Assembly: GCF_044704955.1 (NCBI RefSeq)
Contig: NC_091995.1
Location: forward strand, 53,816,001 to 53,880,000
DNA from: Pristiophorus japonicus
Taxonomy: Eukaryota
Direction: 5' to 3'
DNA length: 64,000 bases
The position numbers and the translations under genes were made by a program. The notes beneath the pieces were generated by a model that saw only the letters and a program-made list of their open reading frames with translations, searched no databases and was not told the origin of the DNA. Below, piece after piece: positions 37,101 to 50,519 of the stretch (its first letter is position 1; the number at the start of each line of letters is the position of its first letter).

Positions 37101-37330
37101 GCTGGATACACTTCCCGCACACAATAATAGTCACACTGAAGTGTCCCTGATTTCCCACATAGCACAGGAGGAGCATGACATGGGTCTGGGCTCTCCTGCC
37201 ATGACTTAACCCTTAAATTAACTTAATTTGGCAACAATGCCAAAGGTTTCCTACCGAAAGGAAAAAGAAAAATACTCACCAATCCACCAGCCAATCACTT
37301 ACATCATACTTCAATTTTGATTTCTTTTTA
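34196..37330 (-). mobile_element. Rearranged CR1 cluster (duplicated RT segments, ORF1 pieces, 5'UTR)
   Basis: The 558-aa ORF 34295-35971 contains the MKYNV.KCEVIH..RPHLE segment twice; ORF 36066-36719 fuses RT to the ORF1 VVVVHIGT motif; ORF1 zinc-finger region at ~36760-37200. Confidence 0.9.
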
Positions 37331-37336
37331 AACTTT

Positions 37337-37680
37337 TTGTCCCTGCTCCTATGGCTCCTCCAACTCTCGGGCCCCTTTTATGGGCCTCTCGATCCTCCCG
37401 CTCCTGCTCCTATGGCTCCTTCGACTCTCAGGCCCCTTTTATGGGCCTCTCGATCCTCCCGCTCCTGCTCCTGTGCCTCCTCTGACTCTCGGGGCCCCTT
37501 TTCTGGGCCTCTCAATCCTCCCGCTTCTGCTCCTGTGGCTCCTCCGACTCTCGGGCCCCTTTTATGGGCCTCTCAATCCTCCCGCTCCTACTTCTGTGGC
37601 TCCTCCGACTCTTGGGCCCCTTTTCTGAGCTTCTCGATCCTCCTGCTCCTGCTCCTACGGTCCAAACTCCTACGGGCCCC
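37337..37680. repeat. ~61-bp pyrimidine-rich minisatellite
   Basis: TGGGCCTCTC recurs at 37381, 37442, 37504 and 37565. Confidence 0.85.
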
Positions 37681-39581
37681 ACCCCACTCATGGCAAAGAA
37701 CGGAGAAACACTCATCAAGGACAACGAGGCTGTCAAGGCCTGCTGGAATGAGCACTTTGAAGATCCCCTTAATCGAGACTCTGCCTTTGACTCGAGTGTT
37801 CTCAACTCCATCCTGCAGCATGCAACCTGCCACCACCTCAGTGAGACCCCAACATTGCACGAGGTAGGCAAAGCCATAAAACAGCTCAAGAATAACAAGG
37901 CTACGGTGTGGATGGAATTCCTGCTGAGGCGCTAAAATATGGTGGAGAGATGCAGTTGGCATGGATACATGACCTTATCTCTCTCATTTGGAGGGAGGAG
38001 AACATGTAGGGTGATCTCAGAGATGCAGTGATCGTGTCCATTTTTAAAAAGAGAAACAAGTCTGACTGCAGCAACTGCAAGAGAATCTCCCTGCTATCAA
38101 CCACTGGGAAGGTTGTCTCTAGAGTCCTCCTCAACCGTCTTCTTCCTGTGGCCGAGGAGCTCCTCCCGGAGTCGGTGCGGATTTCATCCCCTATGGGGAA
38201 CAACGGACATGATCTTTGCAGCACGACAACTGCAGGAAAAATGCAGGGAGCAGCGCTAGCCCTTATACATGGCCTTTTTTGATCTTACAAAGGCCTTTGA
38301 CACTGTCGACCGTGAGGGTCTATGGAGCTTCCTCCTCTGTTTTGGGTGCCCCCAAAAGTTTGTCAATATCCTTCATCTGCTCCACGATGACATGCAGGCC
38401 GTGATCCTTACCAGCGGATCCATTACAGGCCCATTCCACATCCGAACCGGGTTCAAACAAGGCTGCGTCATCGCTCCAACCCTTTTCTCAATCTTCCTCG
38501 CTGCCATGCTCCACCTCACTGTCAACAAGCTCCCCGCTGGAGTGGAACTAAACTGCAGAACCAGTGGGAAGTTGTTTAACCTGTGCTGTCTCCAGACGAG
38601 GTCCAAGACCACACAAACCTCTGTGGTTGAACTGCAGTACGCGGACGACGCCTGCATCTGTGCACATTCTGAGGCTGAACTCCAGGATATAGTCGATGTA
38701 TTCACCGAGGCATATGAAAGCATGGGCCTTGTGCTTAACATCCATAAGACAAAGGTCCTCCACCAGCCTGTCCTCGCCGCACAGCCCACCAGTCATCAAG
38801 ATCCACAGCGCGGCCCTGGAGCCTCCTGTCAAGAAAGGCAGACGTTGATGCGGAGATTTAACATCGCCTCCAGTGCAGCCTTCGGCCGCCTGAGGAAAAG
38901 AGTGTTCGAAGACCAGTCCCTCAAACCTACCACCAAGCTCATGGTCTATAGGGCTGTAGTAATACCCGCCCTCCTTTATGGATTAAAGGCATGGACGATG
39001 TATAGAAGGCACCTCAAGTCGCTGGAGATATATCACCAACGATGTCTCCGCAAGATCCTGCAAATCTTCTGGGAGGGCAGGTGCACCAATATCAGTGTCC
39101 TCGCCCAGGCTAACATCCCCATCATTGAAGCACTGACCACACTCGATCAGCTTCACTGAGCAGTCCGCATGCCAGACACGAGACTCCCTAAGCAACTGCT
39201 CTATGCGGAGTGCCTTCATGGCAAAACAGCCAAAGGTGGCCAGCAGAAACATTACAAGGACACCCTCAAAGCCTCCCTGATAAAGTGTGACATCACCACT
39301 GATGCCTGGGAGACTCTGGCCAAAGACCCTCCTAAGTGGAGGAAGTGCATCCAGGAGGGCGTTGAGCTTTTTGAATCTCAATGCTGTGAGCGTGAAGAGA
39401 TCAGGCGCAGGCAGTGGAAGGAGCATGTGGTAAATCAGTCCCACTCCCCCCTTCCCCCGACGAATATCTGTCCCACCTGTGACGGGGTCTGTGGCTCTCG
39501 TGTTGGACTGTTCAGCAACCAAAGAACTCACTTTAGGAGTGGAAGCAAGTCTTCCTTGATTCCGAGGGTCTGCCTATGATG
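37681..39581 (+). mobile_element. 5'-truncated RTE LINE, degenerate
   Basis: FFDLTKAFDTV, KQGCVIAPTLF, LQYADD, C-terminal CPTC; tail GCCTATGATG. Confidence 0.92.
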
Positions 39582-39965
39582 TCCTGAACCTTAGAATAGT
39601 CGGTGGGACAGCTCAGCTTAAACCCACAATTTAAACAGTGCAGGGAGTCAGCCCGAACCCACAATTTAAACAGGCAAAAGCCCCCCTTTTAAACCGCTGA
39701 TTGGTGTTGACCAGTATCCCAGAGTAGTTTTGGGACTAAATAAGTGGAGAGGCTGAGAGGGAGAGAGAGAGAGAACACCTGAGTAATCAGCTACTCAAAG
39801 TGTCCACAGCGCTGAGGGCTCGGGGTTAAAACTCGAACAACGCAGGGGTGAATTGAAGAAATTCTTCACACACAGGTTTAGTTTCAAGTTGCTATTGAGA
39901 CAGAAAGGCAAGGATTAGGTGTCGTACCGTACCTGCCCACACATCTCCTGACACTGGCCCAGGTG

Positions 39966-40125
39966 AGAACTTTCAAGAGGAAATTGGATATATACTTGGA
40001 AAGGAGACATTTTCAGGGCTAAGGGGAAAGAGCAGGGGAGTGAGACTAATTAGATAGCTCGTTCAAAGAGCCAGCACAGGCACGATGGGCTGAATGGTCT
40101 CTCTGTGCTGTCTGACTCTGATTCC
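39966..40125 (+). mobile_element. Short CR1-type 3'-end fragment; similar copy at ~48612-48768
   Basis: TTCAAGAGGAAATTGGATA..GGGGAAAGAGCAGGGGAGTG..GCACAGGCACGATGGGCTGAATGG. Confidence 0.65.
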
Positions 40126-40375
40126 AGGTGGGATTTTCCTCATTTGGGTAATTTAAATATGTGAGGTAGCGAAATATTGTACCTGAAACATGTTGTTCTG
40201 GAAATGTATCTGTTTATTTCTTATTTGAGCTCAGTGCATTGCCGCTGTTAATTAACAATATAAAAACTCTGGAGCTTATGCTTGGCCTCAGACAGCGATA
40301 CTGAAGGAGTTGGGGAGAAACTCTAGACCCAGGTGTTACTGGTGTCGTCTGGTCTTGCCCGCCCAGCGGGTCGTT

Positions 40376-40930
40376 GCCACCCCCCACCCCCTGGTCCTTG
40401 CTCCACCCCTGGCTCCTTGCCCCCCCCCCCCTCCCCGGTCCTTGCCCACTCCCTGGCTCCTTGTCTACCCCTGGCTCCTTGCCCCCCCCCCCTGGGGTCC
40501 TTTCCCCCCCCCCCCGGGTCCTTGCCCACTCCCTGGCTCCTTGTCCACTCCTGGCTCCTTGCACCTCCCCCCCCAGGTCCTTGCCAACACCCAAACATCC
40601 CCCTCCCGGGTCCTTGCCCCCCTCCACCCCCGGGTCCTTGCCCACACCCCCCAGGTCCTTGCCCCGCCCCCCCCCGGGTACTTGCCCACTTCCTGACTCC
40701 TTGTCCACCCCTGGCTCCGTGTCCACCCCCAGACCCACCCCCCCCGGGTCCTTGCTCCACCCCTGGCTCCTTGCCCCCCCCCCCCCGGCTCCTTGCCCAC
40801 CCCTGGCTCCTTGCCCCCCCCTGGGTCCTTGCCCACCCCTGGCTCCTTGCACCCCCCCCCAGGTCCTTTCCCCCCCTCCTCCCCCCCCGGCTACTTGCCC
40901 CCCCCCCCCCCCCCCCCGGGTCCTTGCCAA
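40376..40930. repeat. C-rich minisatellite (CCTGGCTCCTTGCCCn / CCGGGTCCTTG)
   Basis: Tandem degenerate units with long C runs. Confidence 0.85.
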
Positions 40931-42221
40931 GGACCTCCAAGATCAGCTGGTTCAGGTACTGCCATCTAAAGCACTCCGATAGTATCAGACAGCTCCTCGT
41001 GTGCCAATGATCTTGGTTCACCTGATGGCAGTGCAGCCATTCTGGATCTTCTCTCTGATTCTGGTGTCAATTGTCCAACTCCAGAACCGGTGAAATTTTC
41101 TGTCTTTAATACTCGGGTAGCATCAGGACCTGTCGCCAGTAATGTCACAAGAAAAGGAACAAGAAAATCTGCATGAAGCATTTACAGGGTAAATGTTGCA
41201 GGGGTTTAGATGGTAGGATAAAGCTTCATCTATACTACCCCAACAGTGTCCCAGAATACTAACTGAGGAAGAACAGTAATAAGGAGAAAGGTGGGAGAGA
41301 AAACATCCGGGACAAGTTAGAAATGTTGCACTATTGGGAAAGTGCTGTTGGGTTTATCAGTGTTGATGCAAGTGTGACCCTGAGCAGTGCACAAAATACT
41401 GATGGAACCTCATGACACTTTGCAATATCTGAGGGAATAACTGGATCAGATCAGCAACTATCACAGAGCCATTACCACAACCTTTGCTTGCCAGAAAATT
41501 GACTTCAAGGTCCTGGTCTGGTATTTAGATGATCCCTCCATAGACTTGCTCCATCCCATCTGAATCAACATCTCTGGCTATTTGTCCCAAGTGTGCAACC
41601 TCTGCTCTCCTGACTCTGTATTTACTGGTCACTCCCACCCTCTCCCATCCACCAGTTCCACCACCTTTCAGTCACTAAACCACTGCTGATTGGAATTCAC
41701 CTTAAGACACGGTGTTATCCCCTTTCTCTCTCCACCCTGTGTTGGTATCGCAGCCCTCCCCTTAATCTTTCCCATCTTCACCCGGTGGCCTCCTCTCCCC
41801 ATTGTTAAATGGTTTATTATATGAGAGAGTCATGAAAGGCCCTCGCTAGCCCCCAGCACTGTGGGGCCACCTTCAGCCTCTCCCTACAACTCCTGTGGAG
41901 TATCCAGGTTCCAAGGGCTCTCACTCCCAGGGAGGCTACATGTGCCTCAGTGGCACCTCCTCCGAGTGGCACCGGGCTCATGTCTCAAGGGTTTAACTCC
42001 ATCAGCGCTTGTAATAATCAGCTCTTGGCTGATACAGCCGCCCTCGTCCATGTTCCCAGAGCTCCCTCTTAACCTTCCCTGTTGGTTCGGCCCGAGGAAG
42101 CTGCCCGGAGGCTTCCCACCTTCGGAAGCCAAGTTAGGAGCCTGTGTCGGGCCATTTCAATGCTTTCGCGGGACGCCAATCTGCTTATCAGCCTGTCAAT
42201 TTAGATTAGGACCTCGAATGT

Positions 42222-42803
42222 AAGGTATTGGTGAGGCCACACCTGGAATACTGCGTATAGTTTTGGTATCCATATTTACGAAAGGATTTACTTGCTTTGG
42301 AGGCAGTTCAGAGAAGGTTCACTAGGTTGATTCTGGAGATGAGGGGGTTGACTTATGAGGAAAGGTTGAATAGGTTGGGCCTCTACTCATTAGAATTCAG
42401 AAGAATGAGAGGTGATCTTATCGATACGTATAAGATTATGAGGGGACTTGACAAGGTGGATGCAGAATGGATGTTTCCACTGATGGGGGAGACTAGAACT
42501 AGAGGGCATGATCTTAGAATAAGGGGCTGCCCATTTAAAACAGAGACGAGGAGAAATTTATTCTCAGAGGGTTGTAAATCTATGGAATTTGCTGCCTCAG
42601 AGAGCTGTGAAAGCTGAGACATTGAATAAATTTAAGATAGAAATAGACAGTTTCTTAAAAGATAAGGGGATAAGGGGTTACGGGGAACGAGCGGGAAAGT
42701 GGAGCTGAGTCCATGATCGGATCAGCCATGATCTTATTGAATGGCAGAGCAGGCTCGAGGGGCCGTATGGCCTACTCCTGTTCCTATTTCTTATGTTCTT
42801 ATG
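42222..42803 (+). mobile_element. CR1 3' fragment
   Basis: EAVQRRFTRLI..RGHDLRIRG; (TTCTTATG)n tail. Confidence 0.9.
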
Positions 42804-43616
42804 AATGTAGGGAGCTCACAACAAGTAACCTTCGAGACCCTGTCCTCCTCCACAGGCAGTGATTCCTGCCTTTGATAGCCCACCACAGATCTGGGCAGAT
42901 GGACCACTTCCAGGACTTCCCTGTGGAAGTGGATTACCCTGGATGCTTAGGTTCAGGAGACCAGATGTAGTGAGTATCCTCTGCAGTCGCACCTTGAGCC
43001 TCCATTTTTTCACAACATAGTTTGGTTTGAGCATCAGAGGAACCATCAACCAGTGGGTATACTGGCAGGTGACATCATCATCTACCATTCACGCAGTGAG
43101 TGAGCGAGTGATAGTCAGTCAGCTTCGTCATCCAGAAGGCTCAACTGCTGGGGATATGTCTCCAGTTGAGCCTTGCACTGCCAGTAATGTTTCCACAGGT
43201 CTCCTTTGTCACAGATCTGAACTAGAGCTGGTGGTTCTGGGAGCACAGTGTTCTCCTGGGGTTGGTGCTACAGCCATCAGTCTCTTCAGCTAATGCTTCA
43301 ACATATGGGTGGGAGGGACACGTTCAGGATGAATGGGCTTCTAGGCCAGTGGACATGGATGAGACCACTTACATTTCAACAGGTTCGAGGTGTGAACGGT
43401 CTACTAGAACATTATCCACTTACAGACTGGGTGCAGGGTGTGTCAGTGCATCACCAGCGAGACAATATGACGGTATGTGTACAAACCGGGTAAGACCCAC
43501 TCCCGAGTTCCTCTGTCAAGATGACATGTTGCTTCCTATTGGGCACTTAAACCACGAGGTGACACTCTTGGTGTCACATTTGTCCGGGGTTGGCAACACA
43601 ACCATCAGCACATCAG

Positions 43617-43747
43617 CTGCTCTGTAATCCACCCTGACTAGTGGATGATCTACATTGAGACTGCTCTGTAATCCACCCTGACTAGTGGATGATTCACATT
43701 GAGACTGCTCTGTAATCCACCCTGACTAGTGGATGATCCACATTGAG
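43617..43747. repeat. 44-bp tandem repeat x3
   Basis: CTGCTCTGTAATCCACCCTGACTAGTGGATGAT..ACATTGAG at 43617, 43661 and 43705. Confidence 0.9.
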
Positions 43748-45118
43748 GTAAGTCAGACTATCTTCAGGACTTAAGGTGGGATGGTGGAGGGAGGTGGGCG
43801 GGGGTGGGGGTGGGGTGCGGTTACCAGATCGATCGACTTGCTCACATCACAGGACAATCATCAATCAGGTCGAGGACCTCAGGCAGGCAACACGGAGGCT
43901 GGACTGTGTTTTGTTTCTAGATTCTGTTGCTCAGGGTTGCCTGATCTCCAGGATTCTACAGAATATTGCAGGAGAATGTGGTTCTGACCTCACAAACCAT
44001 GTTTCTCAGACACCCCGGTGTGTAATACTGCCTGTCTGACTCCAGGAGCCCACGGGAAAACACCAAGTCATTTGAAGAGTAAAGACAACCCGACATTTTT
44101 AAAGGAATCTTAATCCTTCATTCCGACATCTTCCACACACTGGACACTGTCGAACTGGTACTTGGGGTGAGAAGAGCAGATCCTATAAGGGAACAGACTC
44201 CAGCTCCCAGGACAAATAGATCAAAGTGAGTGTTATTCACAGGTGCTAGATCCAAACATTAAGCTACGCTGTCAGGATCTGGATCCTGCCGGCTTCTGAT
44301 TGATGGCCTGGCTGTTGAGAAGGAATGTCTATCAGATTAGAGTTTACCAGCAGTGTGATAACGATCGTGATGGACATACTTTGTTCCAACAACAACTGCA
44401 AAATGGAGCCATGTTCATATCCCCACCTGACATAACTCTTCAGACTGGCATTCTTGGGTCATGCTCATTTTATCATGTCTGTCCTGTGCATTTAAGGCTC
44501 TGTTCCCACACAAGTCCCTCCATCCCCCTTGTTCTCAGTATTTGGTTAGTCACTAGCAGTGTGTGCAGAGTGTTTGAATAAAGATCGGCTCCCTTGTAAA
44601 CTGCCCTTCATTCTTCAAGTAACACAGCAATTTCCACCCACCTGGTTATCTCTGGTACTTGTGAGGAGAGTTCAGTATGTTTCTTTTTCTTGTTCTAGGT
44701 TGCATTTGGATGTCAACGAACTGAGTTCTGTGGAGTGAAGGGTTATGGGGAGCAGGCAAGGAAGTGGAGTTGAGCCCAAGATCAGATCAGCCATGATCTT
44801 ATTAAATGGTGGAGCAGGCTCGAGGGGCCAAATGGCCTACTCCTACTTCGATTTCTTATGTTTTTAACACAGCACAGGAGCCGGGGAGAGAGAGAAAATC
44901 ATATGATGGACCTCCAAAGTTAGGGTGTCTAATAAATGCCTGAGGAGGTTGTGCCATCAGAGATTTTCCCAAGACAAATTGTGCCGATGCATCTCAATGA
45001 TTAGGTCCACATTCAGATCTCAGTGAATTAAAGGAATAGGATCAGGTCCCAGTGAATTAAAAGAATGGGATCAGGTCCCAGTGAATTAAAGGAAAGGGGT
45101 CAGCTCCCAGTGAATTAC

Positions 45119-46975
45119 AACAACAACAACTTGCATTTATGTAGTGCCTTTAATGTAGTGAAATGTCCCAAGATGCCTCACAGGTGTATTTTGGGATTAA
45201 AAAATTGACACAGAGCTGCATAGGAGAAATTAGGGCAGCTGACCAAAAGCTTGGTCAAAGAGGTAGGTTTTAAGGAGCGTCTTGAAGGAAGAAAGAGAGG
45301 TAGAGACACGGAGAGGTTTAAGGAGGGAGTTCCAGAGCTTGGGGCCCAGGCAACAGAACGCACGGCCACCAATGGTTGAGTGATTATAATCAGGGATGCT
45401 GAAGAAGACAGAATTAGACGAGCGCAGACATCTTTGGGGCTGGAGGAGATTACAGAAGTAGGGAGGGGCGAGCGGCCTTGGAGGGGTTTGTGAACAAGAA
45501 TGAGAATTTTGAAATCGAGGCGTTGCTTAACAGGAAATTAATGTAGGTCAGCGAGCACAGGGGTGATGGGTGAACGGGAATTGGTGCGAGTTACGACATG
45601 GGGCAGTCGGGTTTCAGATCACCTCTAGTTTACTTTGAGTGGAATGTGGGAGGCCAGCCAGGAGTGCACAGTCAAGTCTAGAAATAACAAAAGCATGGAT
45701 GAGGCCTTCAGCAGCAGATGAGCTGAGGCAAAGGCGGAGACGGGCGATGTTACGGAGGTGGAAATATTGGTCTTAGTTATTCTGCGGATATGTGATTGAA
45801 AGCTCATTTCAGGGCAAACTATGATCCCAAGCTTGTGAACAGTCTGGTTCAGCCTCAGACAGAAGTTGGGGCGAGGGAAGGAGTTAGTGCCTAGGGAACG
45901 GCATTTGTGGCAGAGACTGAAAACAATGGCTTGAGTCTTCTCAATATTTAATTGGAGAAAATTTCAGCTCATCCAGAACTGGATGTCAGACAAGCAATCT
46001 GACAATTTAGAAACCTGTGAATAACACTCATTTTGATCTATTTGTCCTGGGAGCTGGAGTCTGTTCCCTTGTAGGATCTGCTCTTCTCACCACAAGTACC
46101 AGTTAGACAGTGTCCAGCAGTGTGTGGAGGATGTCGGAATGAAGGATAAAGATTCCTTTAAAAATGTCGGGTTTTCTTTACTCTTCAAATTATTTGGTGT
46201 TTTTCCGTGGGCTCCTGGAGTCAGACTGGCAGTATTACACACCAGGGTGTCTGAGAAGCATGGTTTGTGAGGCCAGTAAAGGGTTAACCAGAACCACATT
46301 CTCCTGCAATACTCAATTGGAGAAAATTTCAGCTTATCCAGCACAAGCAGTTTGACAATTTAGAGACCATAGAGGGGTCGAGAGAAGTGGTAGTGAGGTA
46401 GAGCTGAGTGTCATCAGCGTACATGTGGAAACTGTCGCCTTGTTTTTAAATGATATCGCCAAGGGGCAACATGTAGATGAGAAATAGGACGGGGCCAAGG
46501 AAAGATCCTTAGGGGCACACCAGAGGTAATGATGCGGGTATGGGAAGAGAAGTCATTGCAGGTGATTCTTTGGCTACGCTTAGATAGGAAAGAATGGAAC
46601 CAGGTGAGTGCAGTTCCACCCAGCTGGATGACGGTGGAGAAGCGTTGGAGGAGGATGGAGTGGTCAACCATGTCAAAGGCTGCAGACAGGTTGAGAAGGA
46701 CGAGGAGGGATAGTTTACCATGGTCACAGTCACAAAAGATGACATTTGTGACTCTGACGAGAGCCGTTTCGGTACTGTGGCAGGGGCAGAAACCGGATTG
46801 GGAATTACGAGAAAGACGGGCACGGATTTGGAAGGCGACAGCACATTCAAGGACTTGAGAGGAAAGGGAGGTTGCAGATGGGGTGGTCTTGGAAGCACAG
46901 TGGGGTTGAGGATTGTTTTTTGAGGAGAGGGGTGATGACGGCAGATTTGAGGGAAAGAATCGTTAACAATTATAG
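45119..46975 (-). mobile_element. L2 LINE 3' portion, degenerate, inserted within a ~29-bp tandem array
   Basis: SAAFDMVDHSILLQR..GGTALTWFHSFLSKRSQ..SGVP; (CAA)n tail; CAGTGAATTAAAGGAATGGGATCAG units lie on both sides (45021-45116, ~46985-47050). Confidence 0.85.
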
Positions 46976-48780
46976 GAAAGCAATCAGGTCAGAGTGAATT
47001 AAAGGAATGGGATCAGCTCCCAGTGAATTAAAGGAATGTGATCAGATCCCAGGTCCTTTGTCTTTCATTACTCCCGGTGAAACACCTTGGGGATTTTCCA
47101 GATTAAAGGCTCGATATCGAATGACATAGAATTTACACACAGAGACAGGCCATTCGGCCCAACGGGTCTCTGCTGGTGTTTATGACCCACACGAGCCTCC
47201 TCCGCCCCTCTTCATCTCACCCTCATATCTTTCTGTTCCTGCTTCCTCATGTACTCTAGCCTGAAATGCATCTGTACTATTCATCTTGACTACTCCTTGT
47301 GGTATCGATTTCCATATTCTCACCACTCTCTGGGTAAAGAGATTTCTCCTGAATTCCCAATTGGGTTTATCAGTGACTCTCTTATATTCATGGCCCCTAG
47401 TTTTGGATCCCCATGTTCCAGTTTTATGATGTCACAAAGCAATGGAAAGTGACACAGCCCCTCTCTGCCACCGGATAAAATATTAATAACTTTTATTTAT
47501 ATAACAACTTTAATATAGTAAACCGTCCCAAGGTGCTTCACAACAGATAAATTTGACACGGAGCCACAGAAGAAATTAAGGCAGATGATCAAAAGCTGTT
47601 TAAAGAAGTAGGTTTTAACACGCATCTTAAAGTAGGAAAGAGGGATAGAGATAATAAGGGGCTCTATTCAGTATCTGGGCCACGCTACATTACCAGATAT
47701 TATAGATTTACAGTCACACTCTGGTTTGTAGGGATTGGGGGGTCACTAATGGAGTTGTCTTTGGTACTGAACACGAGGAAAGTATCAGAGTAAAAACATA
47801 TCAAGCACTTTATACTAAAATAATATTACTCGATGAGGTTAGACACCCATCCTCCAGTCACTTAGTCTGTATACAGCTTTGTCTGGGTATGCAATAGTTA
47901 TTAAAAATGGCACTGAGCTGGATTAAATAATTTGTTTTATTGACATGCAGTTATAGCTGATCAAAGTTTATACAGTTTCAAAACAAATTACTGGATAAAG
48001 TAAAGTTGACTAATGGAATATAGAAACACTTGTTACAACCTTATATAAAATGAAATTAAATTCAAATGCAATGGAACAGAATTCAAGCATTTGTTCACTG
48101 TAGAATTAAAATTCCAAACTATGGCAATCAGAATTTCAGAATAAAAATTTAACAGTAATGGTTTAAGTTCTGATTGTAAAATTCAACAAACTGGGTAACA
48201 TTGACAGGAATCACATTATCCAATCATTGAGCACAAGCATAAATTGTAATCTGCTATTTAATTATTTAAAGAAAGCATGAGAAACAATAAAATGACAACA
48301 CATAATTCTCGGACCAGCGACTACAAATGTTCATGTAATGTTTAGCCTCTCTGTATTACAGCATTAGAAGCCTGTTCCATTTACTACATGCTTCTGAAGT
48401 CAGTTACTGATTTCCGTTTGATAAACAGAGAAAATACAGTTTAACATTTCGGATTGAGATCCCAAGTCAAAAACAAAGGTTCACCCTATTGTTTCTATTT
48501 ATAGATCCCGACGGGCCTGTTGTGTATTTACATTTTATTATTTGGGATTTTCAGCATTATTTCTTTGTATCCAAGAGCTCCTGAGCAGTTATTCCTCCTC
48601 ACCACCGTACAGAACTTTCAAAAGGGAATTGGATAAACAGTTGAAGAGGAAAAGTTGCAGGGCTATGGGGAAAGAGCAGGGGAGTGGGACTAATTGGATA
48701 GATCTTTCATAGAGCCAGCACAGGCACAATGGGCTGAATGGCCTCTCTGTGCTGTATCATTCTATGATCCTCGGAGCCAT

Positions 48781-49095
48781 TCCCACTCCATAACCTAGCG
48801 GGAAGGGCAGGGTCTCCGGCCTCTCCCACTCCCACTCCATAACCTAGCGGGAAGGGCAGGGTCTCCGGCCTCTCCCACTCCCACTCCATAACCTAGTGGG
48901 AAGGGCAGGGTCTCTGGCCTCTCCCACTCCATAACCTAGTGGGAAGGGCAGTGTTTCCAGCCTCTCCCACTCCCACTCCATAACCTAGTGGGAAGGGCAG
49001 GGTCTCCGGCCTCTCCCACTCCATAACCTAGTGGGAAGGGCAGGGTCTCCGGCCTCTCCCACTCTATAACCTAGCGGGAAGGGCAGGGTTTCCGG
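48781..49095. repeat. 43/49-bp minisatellite
   Basis: CCCACTCCATAACCTAG(C/T)GGGAAGGGCAGGGTCTCCGGCCTCT tandem units. Confidence 0.9.
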
Positions 49096-49532
49096 CAGAG
49101 TTACGGGAACAGAGCAGGAGTGGCGAAGAGGCCGCTGCGATACTGAGGTGAGCTGTCGATGTCAAACATCCAACAGCGGTTGACCATTCTGCCATTCCCA
49201 TTTACACCTCTACTGGACCCATCGTTTGTTTCTTTACTTGTCCCGTTACCATCTCCTTTTGTCATTTAATCACTCCTGCCTCCCACCCTATCACAGGCCT
49301 TCCCTTTTGTTCTATCCTCCCCTCCCCCCTTTCCATGCCCCTATATTGCTTAAAATCTGTTACATCTCTAACTTTTTCCAGTTTTGACGAAGGGTCATCG
49401 ACCTGAAACGTTAACTCTGTTTCTCTCCACAGCTGACGTCTGGTTTGCTGAGTGTTTCTAGCATTTTCTGTATTTACATTGAACAGGGAAGCTGATGCAG
49501 CTCGCCGCTCTTCGACCGGTTTTGACACCGGC

Positions 49533-50505
49533 AGAGCCCCGCGGGTAGGTGCTCGGAGTGTGAGGGGGAGAGAGAGGACTGGCAGTGCGCTGTGGGTAGG
49601 TGCTCGGAGTGTGAGTGTGAGGGGGAGGACTGTCAGGGCCCCGCGGGTAGGTGCTCGGAGTGTGAGGGGGAGAGAGAGGACTGTCAGGGCCCTGTGGGTA
49701 GGTGCTCGGAGTGTGAGTGTGAGGGGGAGGACTGTCAGGGCCCTGTGGGGAGGTGCTCGGAGTGTGAGTGTGAGGGGGGGCTGGCAGGGCCTTGTGGGTA
49801 GATGCTCGGAGTGTAAGGGGAAGGGGGAGGACTGTCAGGGCCCTGTGGGTAGGTGCTCGGAGTGTAAGGGGAAGGGGGAGGGGCTGGCAGGGCCCTGTGG
49901 GTAGGTGCTCGGAGTGTGAGTGTGAGGGGAGGACTGTCAGGGCCCTGTGGGTAGGTGCTCGGAGTGTGAGTGTGAGGGGAGGACTGTCAGGGCCCTGTGG
50001 GTAGGTGCTCGGAGTGTGAGTGTGAGGGGAGGACTGTCAGGGCCCTGTGGGTAGGTGCTCGGAGTGTAAGGGGAAGGGGGAGGACTGGCAGGGCCCTGTG
50101 GGTAGGTGCTCGGAGTGTGAGTGTGAGGGGAGGACTGTCAGGGCCCTGTGGGTAGGTGCTGTGAGTGTGAGGGGGAGGACTGTCAGGGCCTTGTGGGTAG
50201 ATGCTCGGAGTGTGAGTGTGAGGGGGAGGACTGTCAGGGCCCTGTGGGTAGGTGCTCGGAGTGTAAGGGGAAGGGGGAGGACTGGCAGGGCCCTGTGGGT
50301 AGGTGCTTGGAGTGTGAGTGTGAGGGGGGGCTGGCAGGGCCCCGCGGTGCTCGGAGTGTGAGTGTGAGGGGAGGCTTGCAGGGCGCTGTGGGTAGGTGCT
50401 TGGAGTGTGAGGGGGAGAGGGAAGACTGTCAGGGCCCTGTGGGTAGGTGCTCGGAGTGTGAGTGTGAGTGGGGGCTGGCAGGGCCCCGTGGTGCTCGGAG
50501 GGGGG
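49533..50505. repeat. ~50-bp G-rich minisatellite
   Basis: GGTAGGTGCTCGGAGTGTGAGTGTGAGGGGGAGGACTGTCAGGGCCCTGTG tandem units. Confidence 0.92.
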
Positions 50506-50519
50506 TGGGTAATTTATCA

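Noticed and set aside
40214-41021. Gly/Pro-rich collagen- or extensin-like ORFs
   Set aside because: They arise from a C-rich minisatellite that is open in several frames on both strands
42804-43616. Short ORFs in unique sequence
   Set aside because: No recognisable motif in the frames I examined; a BLASTx search would be needed
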